A DNA stretch of 64,000 nt, from positions 1 through 64,000 of IMG/VR virus record IMGVR_UViG_3300007512_000012; one strand, 5' to 3'. A model generated the notes under the pieces. The model had not been told where the DNA came from and did no database searches. It saw nothing but the letters and a program-made list of their open reading frames with translations. A program made the position numbers and the translations under genes. Numbering within the stretch: position 1 is the stretch's first letter; the number at the start of each line of letters is the position of its first letter. Positions 55,138 through 64,000 of this stretch are shown piece after piece. This DNA comes from a virus.

Positions 55138-56106
55138 TCAGGCGAGGTTGTTGCCGAGGTGGTCGTAGGCCGCGATGGCCGGGGCGATGCCCGTGGCCGG
55201 GACGACGGTCTGATCCAGGTACGTCGCGCGGGGCCGCCAGGCCAGCACGTCGGCCGCCGCGTAGGCGTGGTTGTTGGTGTTCAGCAGCGTGATGCCCGGA
55301 GCCGCCGCGAGGCCCGAGATGACGCCCGAGGCCACCGACAGGTTGAACGCCCCGGTCCGCACCAGGGTCGGCCGGGCCTGGTAGCCCGCGTCGTCCGCCG
55401 CGAGGAAGTCCCCGGAGGCGTAGAACTGGCCGTAGGTGGTCACGTCCGTCACGAGCTGCGCCGCGACGATGGCCTGCCGGGCCACGAGGCCGAGGAAGTC
55501 CGACGTGCCGCCCGTGTCGTCACCGACGATGGTCAGGAGCGGGACCCGGTAGATCTCGCCCGCCAGGATGCGCAGGATGTCCTCGACCGACCCGAAGGAG
55601 TCGGAGGTGGCCGCCGCCCCGTCCAGGTCGGTGTTCGCCACGACCGCCGACAGGATGACGTTGATCGCCGCCAGGGTGAGCGCGTTGCCCGCCGCAGCCG
55701 CCTGCATGATGTCGATGGCGAGCGCGTTGGCGTTGGCGAACGCGATCGGGTTGGTGCCCGCACCACCCGCACCACCGGGGTCGATGCGGTCCATGATGTA
55801 GGCCGCCAGGCCGAAGGCCGTCTGCTGGGTGGCCTGCACGTTGTTGCCGCCTGCGGCGACGGACGTGCGGTCGTCGATGAAGTTGTGGGCGGCGGCCAAG
55901 GTGGTCTCCTTGGAGCCGCTCACGTAGGCCAGGCCGTTGACGACGGTCGCCCCCGGAACGCCGATCATCTCCGCGAGATAGACGTTCTGGTGCGTGCCGT
56001 CGTAGACGCCGTTCTTCTGGCCCGCGTTGGGGTGAAGATCGTTGAGGTGAATCCCCACGCCGACGAGATCGTTCCGCCGAGGGATGATGAAGACGCGATT
56101 CGCCAT
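55138..56106 (-). CDS. Virion structural protein, family A paralog 3 (322 aa)
   Basis: Shared motifs DLxPNxxQ, GLxAYL/I, G(S/T)VxxxLxxLAG, YDxxG. Confidence 0.7.
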   Translation of the reverse strand: MANRVFIIPRRNDLVGVGIHLNDLHPNAGQKNGVYDGTHQNVYLAEMIGVPGATVVNGLAYVSGSKETTLAAAHNFIDDRTSVAAGGNNVQATQQTAFGLAAYIMDRIDPGGAGGAGTNPIAFANANALAIDIMQAAAAGNALTLAAINVILSAVVANTDLDGAAATSDSFGSVEDILRILAGEIYRVPLLTIVGDDTGGTSDFLGLVARQAIVAAQLVTDVTTYGQFYASGDFLAADDAGYQARPTLVRTGAFNLSVASGVISGLAAAPGITLLNTNNHAYAAADVLAWRPRATYLDQTVVPATGIAPAIAAYDHLGNNLA

Positions 56107-56129
56107 TGTGAAGTTCCTCCGGGTTCAGC

Positions 56130-57056
56130 TCAGATGACGTTGCCGAGCACGTCGTACACGACGACGGCCCGTGCGACACCCGTCGCGGGGACGTTGGCGG
56201 CAGCGATGGTCTGCGCCGGGGTAGCACCACCGCCGTAGGTGAACGCCGGGTTCAGGAACGTGAAGGTGGCGTCCTTCAGCTCGGCCAGCACCCCGTCCGT
56301 CGCGGACAGGTGCAGGTGGCCCGTGTCCACCACCTGGCGCACGTCGTTGAAGTTCGTGTCCTGAAGGCCCGTCTGCACGGCCGCCTGGCGGGGCTCGCCG
56401 GGGCGGATGTACGGGAAGGGCGACGTGGACGACCGGCCGCGCAGGGCACGAGCGGCCGTCTGCGTCGTGCGGACGCTGTCGGGCAGCTCGACGTTGGCGG
56501 CCGTGACGAACGCGCCCCGGACCACCGCGTCGAACAGACCGGGGTTCGTCCGAACCTGCGACGCCGCCGGGAGACGCCACCGCTCACCCGCCAGGATGCG
56601 CAGGATCTCCTCGACCGTGCCGGTCGAGTTGCCGAGCGTGCCGTCGAGGTCGGAGCCCGCGACGCCCGCCGGGTTGTTGATGTGGACGTTGATCCGGGCC
56701 AGCGTCAGCGCGACACCGGCCGCCACGTCCGCCTCGATGAGGCCGGAGATCGCCACCGCCTCGGCCGCCGTCAGCGACTCGTTGCCGCCCGTGTCCTCGA
56801 CGTGGTCGAGGAGGTAGGCCGACAGGCCGTAGGTCACGGCGGCGGTGTCGAGAGACGCACCACCGCCCGCACCGGCCACCGTCGCGACGGCGGCGTTCAC
56901 GCCGTCGAGCAGGTAGTGCGTCGAGTAGTGCGTCTGCACGTTGTCCTGCCCGTCGTAGGCGGGCGAGAACTGCGAGGCGTTCGGGCGAAGGTCGAGCACC
57001 TGGAGGAGGGAGTCGTCCAGGTCGTTCCGTGCGAGCACGATGTAGGCGCGGGCCAT
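56130..57056 (-). CDS. Virion structural protein, family A paralog 2 (308 aa)
   Basis: Same motifs as the neighbouring genes. Confidence 0.7.
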   Translation of the reverse strand: MARAYIVLARNDLDDSLLQVLDLRPNASQFSPAYDGQDNVQTHYSTHYLLDGVNAAVATVAGAGGGASLDTAAVTYGLSAYLLDHVEDTGGNESLTAAEAVAISGLIEADVAAGVALTLARINVHINNPAGVAGSDLDGTLGNSTGTVEEILRILAGERWRLPAASQVRTNPGLFDAVVRGAFVTAANVELPDSVRTTQTAARALRGRSSTSPFPYIRPGEPRQAAVQTGLQDTNFNDVRQVVDTGHLHLSATDGVLAELKDATFTFLNPAFTYGGGATPAQTIAAANVPATGVARAVVVYDVLGNVI

Positions 57057-57071
57057 CAGGGTCCTCCAGAG

Positions 57072-58418
57072 TCAGACGAGAAGCGTGCCGTCATCGTCGT
57101 AGACGGTGACGAGACGCTGGTTGAGCAGCGGTGCCTGCCGCTGGAGCGCGAGCGGGCTCAGGGCCGAGCGACGGTCCACGAAGGCCTGCACGTCGGGGTC
57201 GGGGAACAGGTTGACGCCCGCCGCGAACTGGGCGAGCTGCCCGGTGTTGATCGACGCCTGGAAGTGGGTCGAGTCCAGCGTGTCGCGAGCATCGCCGATC
57301 TCGTTGTTCACCACGTCGCCGCCGCCGCCCGCGTTGAAGATCGGCTTGTTGTTGCCGCCGCTGGTCTTCAGCCACTTCACGTCGGCGGTCGTGGCCCCCC
57401 ACTCCCCGGAATCCATGTCGGTGTCCCAGGTGGTGTTGGGCGTGGTGAAGCTGCCGCGCAGCGTGTTCGACCAGATGTGGGCCTGGTCGGGGGCCGTGAC
57501 GGCCGTGAACTTCAGCCCCGCCGCCGGGAGGCGGTAGGTGCGGCCCGCGAGCACCGAGAGGAACTCCAGCACCGTGCCGACCGAGCCGCTCGTGGCCGCC
57601 GCGCCCGTCAGGTCCGCCCCGGCGTTCGCCGTGAGCAGCGCGACGATGGCCGCCAGGTTCATGTTGGCCGTGCCCGCGTCCACCGCCGCCATGATGGCCG
57701 CCGTGGTCGCGGCGATGTTCGCCGCCGTCCAGGCCTCGTTGGTCCGGGCCAGCCGGTTCGGGACCGGCAGGGTGATCCGGGTGGCCGCACCGACGCCCGC
57801 CAGGGCGAGGGTCAGGTCACCCGTGTTGCCGAGCTGGTTGTTCTCACCGCCGCCCGTGTCGAACACCGCGTCGAGCTGGACGACACCGGCACCCGGAGCC
57901 GTGCCGAGGACGTAGATGTTGCCGTTGAGGCCGCGCATCGTGACCTTGGCCGCCGCCGCGTTGATCACGTTGTTGACCAGCTCGACCGCCGTGAGGGCCG
58001 CCGTGCCCTGGATCTGGCAGATGAAGGGGTCGCCCACGGTTCCGGCCGTGGTCGCGTCCGTCGCGCCCGCCGAGAACTCGATGTAGATCACGCCGTCGAT
58101 GACGATGCGGTCGAGGGCGTTCGGGTTCACCGCGAGGGTGATGTTCGCCGTCGCCTGCTCCAGCGCCCCCGGCTCGACCTTGTCCACCAGGTAGGCCCCG
58201 AGGCCGTCGAAGTTCTGGAGGTTGGCGACCGCCGGAGCACCCGCCACGACCCCCGTCACCAGATGGACCGCCGGGGCGTCCAGCACCGGACGCCGCAGGT
58301 AGCGGTTCTGCCCGGCCGGGAAGGTCGGGTTGTTGTGCTGCGACACGTTCGGCCACAGGTCCGTGATCTGGAGGACGCCCTCGGGGACGTTTGCGTTTGC
58401 CAGGCAGATGAACGGCAT
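57072..58418 (-). CDS. Virion structural protein, family A paralog 1 (448 aa, with an inserted domain)
   Basis: Same motifs plus an insert of about 140 aa. Confidence 0.7.
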   Translation of the reverse strand: MPFICLANANVPEGVLQITDLWPNVSQHNNPTFPAGQNRYLRRPVLDAPAVHLVTGVVAGAPAVANLQNFDGLGAYLVDKVEPGALEQATANITLAVNPNALDRIVIDGVIYIEFSAGATDATTAGTVGDPFICQIQGTAALTAVELVNNVINAAAAKVTMRGLNGNIYVLGTAPGAGVVQLDAVFDTGGGENNQLGNTGDLTLALAGVGAATRITLPVPNRLARTNEAWTAANIAATTAAIMAAVDAGTANMNLAAIVALLTANAGADLTGAAATSGSVGTVLEFLSVLAGRTYRLPAAGLKFTAVTAPDQAHIWSNTLRGSFTTPNTTWDTDMDSGEWGATTADVKWLKTSGGNNKPIFNAGGGGDVVNNEIGDARDTLDSTHFQASINTGQLAQFAAGVNLFPDPDVQAFVDRRSALSPLALQRQAPLLNQRLVTVYDDDGTLLV

Positions 58419-58470
58419 GATCGACTCTCCGTGTGGGCTCCAGAACCAGTCGCAGGCAGAGCACCCTCGC

Positions 58471-58490
58471 CTACTTCTCCCCGGCTATAG
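58471..58490 (-). promoter_or_regulatory. Putative late promoter CTAT-N12-GTAG
   Basis: Recurring motif heading the family A array. Confidence 0.6.
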
Positions 58491-58499
58491 AGGAACTAT

Positions 58500-59282
58500 T
58501 CAACCTCGGCCCAGAACTCCGTGGATCGAGTACGGACAGCCACCGGCCGCCGCTGTGGCAAGGACCACGCCCTTCGTGGACCCCGAGTAGATCTGCACCT
58601 CATCACCCGCAGCGACCGTCTGCATGATCTGGTTCGGGCCGAGGGCGACGAGAAGATCCTTCGCCCCGTCCAGGTTGCGGAGCGTGAACTCCACCATCGG
58701 GACGGGGAAGACCAGGTAGAGCGGGCGGGGTGCCGCCGTCGTCAGGTCTTCGTCGAAGGGGGGCACGGCACCCGCCGCAACACCGACCACCGCCGAGGGG
58801 GCGATCCCCTGGAGGGTGAAGGTCGGCTTCGGCAGGGCGTGCATCGCAGCGGGAGGAACGACGTAGATCGCCCCGAGCACCGGGAGCGGACCAGGAACGG
58901 TCAGCAGCCCGACGCCGTTGCGGTTCTCCTGCACGCGCAAGAACAACCACCCCTCGTCCGGCGGGAGCCCGCCAGCGGGGGCGACGTAGTCGTCCATGTC
59001 GAACATCGCGTGCGTGGTTCCGCGAAGGTTCTCATCCACCCGGCCCAGGCCCCTGCGTCGCAGGGCGGGCGAGATGAACTTCGTGTCGCGGTTCACCGTG
59101 AACATCGCGTTCGCACCACCACCACCCACGCCGCTCGCCGCCGGGTTGCCGTAGGCGTCGTCGGGGGTCTGTGCGCCCCAGAACTGGTAGGCCACGACCG
59201 CCGGGTCATTGGGCAGGTACGTGTGGATCAGGTGTGGAGCCCGCTCCAGCAGCCCTGCGTAGTTGTGGAAGGGATTCGCCAT
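58500..59282 (-). CDS. Virion structural protein, family B paralog 2 (260 aa)
   Basis: HxYAGLLER...YQFWGA...SGVGG...RGTTH is shared with 59282..60493. Confidence 0.7.
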   Translation of the reverse strand: MANPFHNYAGLLERAPHLIHTYLPNDPAVVAYQFWGAQTPDDAYGNPAASGVGGGGANAMFTVNRDTKFISPALRRRGLGRVDENLRGTTHAMFDMDDYVAPAGGLPPDEGWLFLRVQENRNGVGLLTVPGPLPVLGAIYVVPPAAMHALPKPTFTLQGIAPSAVVGVAAGAVPPFDEDLTTAAPRPLYLVFPVPMVEFTLRNLDGAKDLLVALGPNQIMQTVAAGDEVQIYSGSTKGVVLATAAAGGCPYSIHGVLGRG

Positions 59283-60493
59283 CAGACCGACTCCCCGGCG
59301 ACCACGCCGTGCAGCGAGAAGGCAGCTCCGGCCACTCCGTCAGGGCAGGCCAGGCACACGAACTTCGTGGTCCCGTCCATCAGCGTGAGGAAGTCACCGG
59401 CCGGGATGTTGCGCATCATCTGGTACGGACCGAAGGAGACGAGCAGGTTCACCGCCGACAGGTTGCGGACGGCCAGCTCCTTGAGCTGCTTCGGGAACAC
59501 CAGGAACAGAGCCCTCGGCCCGGCCAGCGTCAGATCCTCGCTGAGGTCCGGCGGAGCGCCTGCGACACTCGCTGTGCTTGAAGGCGCGGTGCCCTGGAGC
59601 GAGAAGCTCGGCTCGCGGGTGCCGAAGAAGGCTGCCGGGGGGACGCAGTAGACCGGCCCGAGGACCGGGTCGTTCGCGTTGGCGACCGCCACCAGCGTCC
59701 CGGCTGCCACCGAGGCGGCGTCCAGGGCGATGCGCGGGGCGTCGGCCGTCGTGATCGTGAAGGCCGCCACGCTGCCGGGCACCAGGGCCGGGGTCCCGTC
59801 CTCCGGCTGGATGACCACCACCGCCGAGGGCGCACCGGGGTTCGTCGCGAAGGTGTGGTAGCCCGCCGGGGCTGCCAGGTCGAGCTGCGCACCGACATCG
59901 GCCGCGTCGTTCAAGGCCGCCGTCAGGTTCGCTGCCGCGTCGTTGTCGCCCGCACCGAGCCCGATGATGAACTCGTCGGCCGGGACACCCGTCCGACCCG
60001 CGATGTTGTTGGCCCCGGCCTGGAACTGGAAGATCAGGCCCTTGATGACCAGCTCGTCCCCGGCCCCCACGGCGGCCAGCGTGACCGTCGTCTCGGGGAT
60101 GCCGAGGTTCTGGAGGAGGCCGATGCCGTTCCGGTTCTCCTGCGCCCGCAGGAACATCCAGCCGGTGTCGGGCTCCAGGGGAACGCCCGCACCGATGTAG
60201 TCCTCCACGTCGTACAGCAGGTGGGTCGTGCCCCGCCTGACCTCCTCGATGAGGCCGAGCCGCTTGCGGCGGAGGGTGGGCGAGCGGAAGCTCGCTCCCC
60301 GGTTGACCGTGAACAGGGCCGCCCGACCCGTGCCGCCCACACCGCTGTCCAGCGGGTCGCCGTAGGCGTTGTCCACCGTGTCGGCACCCCAGAACTGGTA
60401 GCCCACCACCTCCGCCTGGTCGCGCACGTAGGCGTGGACGAGGTTCTTCGACCTCTCCAGCAGACCGGCGTAGGTGTGGAGGGGCGAACTCAT
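59282..60493 (-). CDS. Virion structural protein, family B paralog 1 (403 aa, with an inserted domain)
   Basis: Colinear with 58500..59282 apart from an insert of about 145 aa. Confidence 0.7.
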   Translation of the reverse strand: MSSPLHTYAGLLERSKNLVHAYVRDQAEVVGYQFWGADTVDNAYGDPLDSGVGGTGRAALFTVNRGASFRSPTLRRKRLGLIEEVRRGTTHLLYDVEDYIGAGVPLEPDTGWMFLRAQENRNGIGLLQNLGIPETTVTLAAVGAGDELVIKGLIFQFQAGANNIAGRTGVPADEFIIGLGAGDNDAAANLTAALNDAADVGAQLDLAAPAGYHTFATNPGAPSAVVVIQPEDGTPALVPGSVAAFTITTADAPRIALDAASVAAGTLVAVANANDPVLGPVYCVPPAAFFGTREPSFSLQGTAPSSTASVAGAPPDLSEDLTLAGPRALFLVFPKQLKELAVRNLSAVNLLVSFGPYQMMRNIPAGDFLTLMDGTTKFVCLACPDGVAGAAFSLHGVVAGESV

Positions 60494-60891
60494 GCGCGCT
60501 TACCCCGGTTCTTCGCCGCGCGAGCACGCTTGTCGTACTCGGTGGTGTCCTTGCCCTTCGAGGCGGCCAGCTTCCCGGCCTCGGTCCAGTTGTCCACCCG
60601 CTCGCCTTCGACGTTGGGGGCCAGGCCGAACTGCGGGCCGTCCATCTTGAGCTGGTGCTCGCGCTGTCCGACCCGAGCACGCCGCTCGGCCATCTGGCGC
60701 TTCACCTGGATGTTCTTGCCGGGCCACACGTCGCCCCGCAGGACTCCGCCGACGCCGGGGGCGATCTTCTTCTCGGCCGGGGCCTCGCAGTCCGGGCACA
60801 CCTGCGGGGCGTTCCGGTTCGTGATGGACAGGGTTCGGAAGAAGGCGGTCCCGCACTCCTTGTCGCTGCACTCGTAGGCGTAGTCAGGCAT
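60490..60891 (-). CDS. FmdB-family zinc-ribbon protein (second copy)
   Basis: MPDYAYECSDKECG...QVCPDCE; ATG 60891 after GGAGG. Confidence 0.75.
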   Translation of the reverse strand: MPDYAYECSDKECGTAFFRTLSITNRNAPQVCPDCEAPAEKKIAPGVGGVLRGDVWPGKNIQVKRQMAERRARVGQREHQLKMDGPQFGLAPNVEGERVDNWTEAGKLAASKGKDTTEYDKRARAAKNRGKRA

Positions 60892-63775
60892 CTCGTAGCA
60901 CCTCCTGTGCTGCAAGATACCGAGCTGCCACGCGACGACTGCTCTGCTCGAACTCGGGGTGCTCTGCGATCATCTCACCCAGACGCAGAGTATCGGCTAG
61001 ATAGTGGAGATCGGGGCCGTCCCGGCCCTCGCTCCCCATCCGCTTGCGGAACTTCGGGATGTCCCACCGCTTCGAGACGACGTGGTCGAACACCGCCAGG
61101 ACGTGCTTGCAGGCCCGGTGCTGGCCGCTCGGGTCCTTCACCTTGGGCTTCGTCGCCAGGCCACGAGCCCGCCCGTAGAGGTAGTCGCCCTGCTTCGCGT
61201 GGAACTCCGGCCCCTGCCACTGCCAGAAGGGGCATGAGCAGCTCACCTTGACGTGGGCCTTCCGCATGTCGCGGACGTTGCCCTTGCGCAGCGCCTTGAG
61301 GCGGACCCGGTGTGCGCCCTTCGACCCCTGCACGTCGAACAGCCACACGGCGTTCTTCGAGTCCACGCGGGCGAGCCTGAGCTTGATGCCCCGGCTGCGG
61401 GCCACCAGGTCGGGGCCGCAGCCCTCGCGGATGTCGCGGATGAGGGCCGCCTGCCGCTGGATGTGCCCGGCCTCTTCACCAGGCAGGACCCGGCTGCCGG
61501 GCTCGCCCTTGACCTGGTCCTCGTGCGGGCCGAGCAGGCCGGGGTCGCCCGGCTTCTTCTTGCGGTCCCGCTTGCCCTTGCTCTTCGGCGTGCCCCGGTC
61601 GTACTTCGTGTCCGGGTCCATGTCCGGGGGCCGCTGCTCGCGGAAGAAGGTGGCGAGCACCTCGGAGGCGAGCTTGTTGACCGCCCCGTAGTAGAAGTCG
61701 TCGTCCTCGGGGTCGATGAGCTGGTCGTCGAGGGGCTCGTCTCCCCACCGCTTGTCGGTCGGGTGCATGAACTCCGACTCGATGGTGTAGAGGTTGACCA
61801 GGCTGTCGCCGATCTCCTCCGGGTCGCCATACGCCTCGATGCCGACCTCGGCGTCGATGAGGCCGAACATGGCGTCCTCGTCCTCCTCCGAGAGGAACCC
61901 GGCCACCACCAGGAACTCGCGCACGGGCATCGAGCGCAACATCCGGCTGCCAGGCTCCACCAGGTAGAAGTGGACCAGTCCGGTCATGCCGCTGATGTTG
62001 CGGACGTAGCCGAGCACCAGGTTGCCGTCTTCGGGTGCATCCGTCCGCACGAAGTCGCCCCCGAGGCCGATCTCCAGCACGAACGCGATGTCCGGGGCGG
62101 TGAGCACCTCACCGAGCCGCATCTTGAACCGCTCGGGGTGCTTGCGGCGAATCTGCTGCTGCTTCTTGAACTGCGGGTTCCGCTTGAGCCGCTTGTACCG
62201 CTTGCGCGACTGCTGCCGCGACTTCATCCGGTTGCGCTTGTAGCGCATCTTTGCCCGGATCTTGTCGATGCCTCGCTGCTTGCGACGCCGCTTGGTCGGC
62301 CGCCGCTTGAGCCGGAAGCCCGCGTAGGCCAGCCGGGTCAGCCAGGTGTCGAACAGGTCGTCGTCCTCGACGATGGGATCGTCCTCGCCGCCCTCGAACT
62401 CGAACACCTGGTCGAGGTAGGCGAACAGCTCGTCGGGGTCTTCGACGACGGCCTCGTCGAGGAACGTCCCGAGGCTCGCCGTGTCCCGGTCACCGTCGTC
62501 CCACTCGATGTGGACGGTGCCGAGCGGGCTCACCTCGATGATCTCGCCCCACTCCTCCGTGGGGAAGTGCAGGAACGGGATCTCGACGGTGGCGTATGCC
62601 CTCTTCTTCGCCTTCTCCCGCTGCCGCTTGCTGCGCTCGGCGATGTTCCGGGCTCCGCCGCCAGGCCGCCGCTTGTGCCGCTGCGGCAGCTCCTCCCGCC
62701 ACTCCTTGCGCTGGTTCCACATCCCGTGGTTGCGGAGCTGCCGCTGGCGGAGCTTCACCTTGCGGAGCTTCGGCCCCCGGTGCGTCCGATACCACTTGCG
62801 GTCGTACCGGGCGACCTGTGCCTTCTGCTCTCGCTCCCGCTGCTGGCCGGAGGGGTGGGGCGAGCGGTAGCGGGGCTTGTAGCTGATGGCCTCGCGGAAC
62901 AACCACTCGTCGTCGAACTCGTCGAACTCGCCCTCGGCCGTCATGCCGGGCCGCCGGACAGGGCCTTCCGTCCGGGCCGGGGTCGTCGGGTGGGTCTTGC
63001 CGCCGTCGTACTGACCGCCAGGCACGCCCTTCGTCCGGGCCTTGTCCTTGTGGATCGAGCCGCCGGAGTCACTGCCGGACTCGCCAGGCACGTTGAAGGT
63101 CACGGGGCCTTCGACCGGCTTCTTGCGCGACCAGGGCGGGGAGGGCAGGCCACGGGTCGGGTACTTGCCCGTCCCCGAGGTGTCGCCCGTGTCGGACTTC
63201 GTGGGGGACGGGGTCTTCGTCCACGTCTGGACCCCGAACTCCTTCTCCGGCTGGATGCCCGCATGTCGCGGGTGCAGGCCGCACATCTCCGGCCGGGGGT
63301 CCTTCATCCCCTTCCAGAACGTCGAGACGATACGGGCGACGCCCCGGTCGTTGACGAAGACCACCTGGAGGTCGCCGATGGTCTTGTCCACCCACTCGAC
63401 GGGCTCGCCGTAGTTGGTGGCCCGCTGAAAGTCGTTCCACTGCCAGGACTTCTGCGACTTCCAGTCGTTGAGCTTCTTGCTGAAGTTCCGCAGGGCGACC
63501 CGCAGGTCACCGACCGTGATGCCCCGCTGGTCCATCCGGTACTGCGCGTGGGGCGTGATCTGCATCTGCTTGAAGATGCCGCCGCCCTTCTCGCGCTCCA
63601 GGTCGTAGACCTTGCGGGCCTCGGGGTTCGTGAGCTTGCGGCCGTGCTCGACCTTCTCGGCCAGGTCGTGCTTCAGCCGGGGGCTGCGCACCTCGTCCTC
63701 GATGCGCTCGACGACCTGGCAAGGGCCACCGGGCCAGCCGAGGCTCGGGCTGAGGTCTGCGGCACGCTCCCCCAT
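60884..63775 (-). CDS. 963-aa multidomain protein with a DUF4258-like domain, R/K-rich tracts and a C-terminal SWIM-like Zn finger
   Basis: ITPHAQYRMDQRGI; VSCSCPFWQWQG...CKHVLAV; ends in RRVAARYLAAQ. Confidence 0.7.
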   Translation of the reverse strand: MGERAADLSPSLGWPGGPCQVVERIEDEVRSPRLKHDLAEKVEHGRKLTNPEARKVYDLEREKGGGIFKQMQITPHAQYRMDQRGITVGDLRVALRNFSKKLNDWKSQKSWQWNDFQRATNYGEPVEWVDKTIGDLQVVFVNDRGVARIVSTFWKGMKDPRPEMCGLHPRHAGIQPEKEFGVQTWTKTPSPTKSDTGDTSGTGKYPTRGLPSPPWSRKKPVEGPVTFNVPGESGSDSGGSIHKDKARTKGVPGGQYDGGKTHPTTPARTEGPVRRPGMTAEGEFDEFDDEWLFREAISYKPRYRSPHPSGQQREREQKAQVARYDRKWYRTHRGPKLRKVKLRQRQLRNHGMWNQRKEWREELPQRHKRRPGGGARNIAERSKRQREKAKKRAYATVEIPFLHFPTEEWGEIIEVSPLGTVHIEWDDGDRDTASLGTFLDEAVVEDPDELFAYLDQVFEFEGGEDDPIVEDDDLFDTWLTRLAYAGFRLKRRPTKRRRKQRGIDKIRAKMRYKRNRMKSRQQSRKRYKRLKRNPQFKKQQQIRRKHPERFKMRLGEVLTAPDIAFVLEIGLGGDFVRTDAPEDGNLVLGYVRNISGMTGLVHFYLVEPGSRMLRSMPVREFLVVAGFLSEEDEDAMFGLIDAEVGIEAYGDPEEIGDSLVNLYTIESEFMHPTDKRWGDEPLDDQLIDPEDDDFYYGAVNKLASEVLATFFREQRPPDMDPDTKYDRGTPKSKGKRDRKKKPGDPGLLGPHEDQVKGEPGSRVLPGEEAGHIQRQAALIRDIREGCGPDLVARSRGIKLRLARVDSKNAVWLFDVQGSKGAHRVRLKALRKGNVRDMRKAHVKVSCSCPFWQWQGPEFHAKQGDYLYGRARGLATKPKVKDPSGQHRACKHVLAVFDHVVSKRWDIPKFRKRMGSEGRDGPDLHYLADTLRLGEMIAEHPEFEQSSRRVAARYLAAQEVLRDA

Positions 63776-63777
63776 CG

Positions 63778-63999
63778 TCAGCTCCCCTTGAGCTGCGCCA
63801 GCAAGTAGCGGACGGCCACTCGGTCCATGACCAGGGCCTCGTGGGAGGCGTAGCGGTGCGCTCCGCCGCCGAAGGCGGGAAGGACCGCCTCGTCCACCTG
63901 GGTCTTGTCGTGAAGGGGCAGCCGGGCTTCGAGGAACTTCTCGCCCATCTTCGTCAGGGCGAGCGACGTGCGGTCGAGGTCCAGCTCCAGCTTCTCCAG
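63778..63999 (-). CDS. 3' end of a gene entering from the right edge (partial)
   Basis: Open frame ...LDRTSLAL...RYASHEALVMDRVAVRYLLAQLKGS*. Confidence 0.65.
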   Translation of the reverse strand: MEKLELDLDRTSLALTKMGEKFLEARLPLHDKTQVDEAVLPAFGGGAHRYASHEALVMDRVAVRYLLAQLKGS

Positions 64000-64000
64000 G

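Noticed and set aside
1-64000. Stop-codon recoding, tRNAs, CRISPR array, DGR or retron
   Set aside because: Genes end normally at TGA, TAG or TAA with tight coupling. No cloverleafs, regular direct repeats or reverse transcriptase were seen by eye.

Overview
The window is about 70% GC and looks like an internal part of a large (probably jumbo) myovirus-type phage genome. No capsid, portal, terminase, integrase, tRNA or CRISPR array is visible. Most real genes are on the minus strand and form a virion-morphogenesis module. From right to left it holds a 963-aa SWIM-finger protein, two arrays of paralogous structural proteins, a head-tail adaptor, a spanin-like pair, neck proteins, an actin-like ATPase, a tail terminator, a 1780-aa tail sheath, the tail tube, two tail chaperones, the tape measure, two tube-initiator paralogs, a baseplate hub with an M15 peptidase insert, a gp5-like spike, and a >1230-aa structural gene that runs off the left edge. 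Two accessory islands interrupt it: about 21.1-29.5 kb (HTH, PLD nuclease, MerR plus a broken VIT-vWA gene, small ORFs) and about 42.9-53.1 kb (thyX, HNH, GIY-YIG, dcd, vWA, an IS66-accessory-like pair, a Tat-signal protein). Most notable points: (1) a volactin-like actin gene embedded in the neck/tail late operon; (2) two recurring promoter-like motifs read from the DNA, CTAT-N12-RTAR before structural genes and GGSTCM-N17-GTRG before accessory genes; (3) two ~150-nt structured leaders closed by long-range stems before the sheath and tail-chaperone genes; (4) recurring K/R-x-A and RVAxRYL motifs that suggest protease-processed head cargo proteins. Functional calls come from motif recognition and gene order only; no database search was run. 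The long plus-strand ORFs opposite the structural genes are GC-bias shadows.
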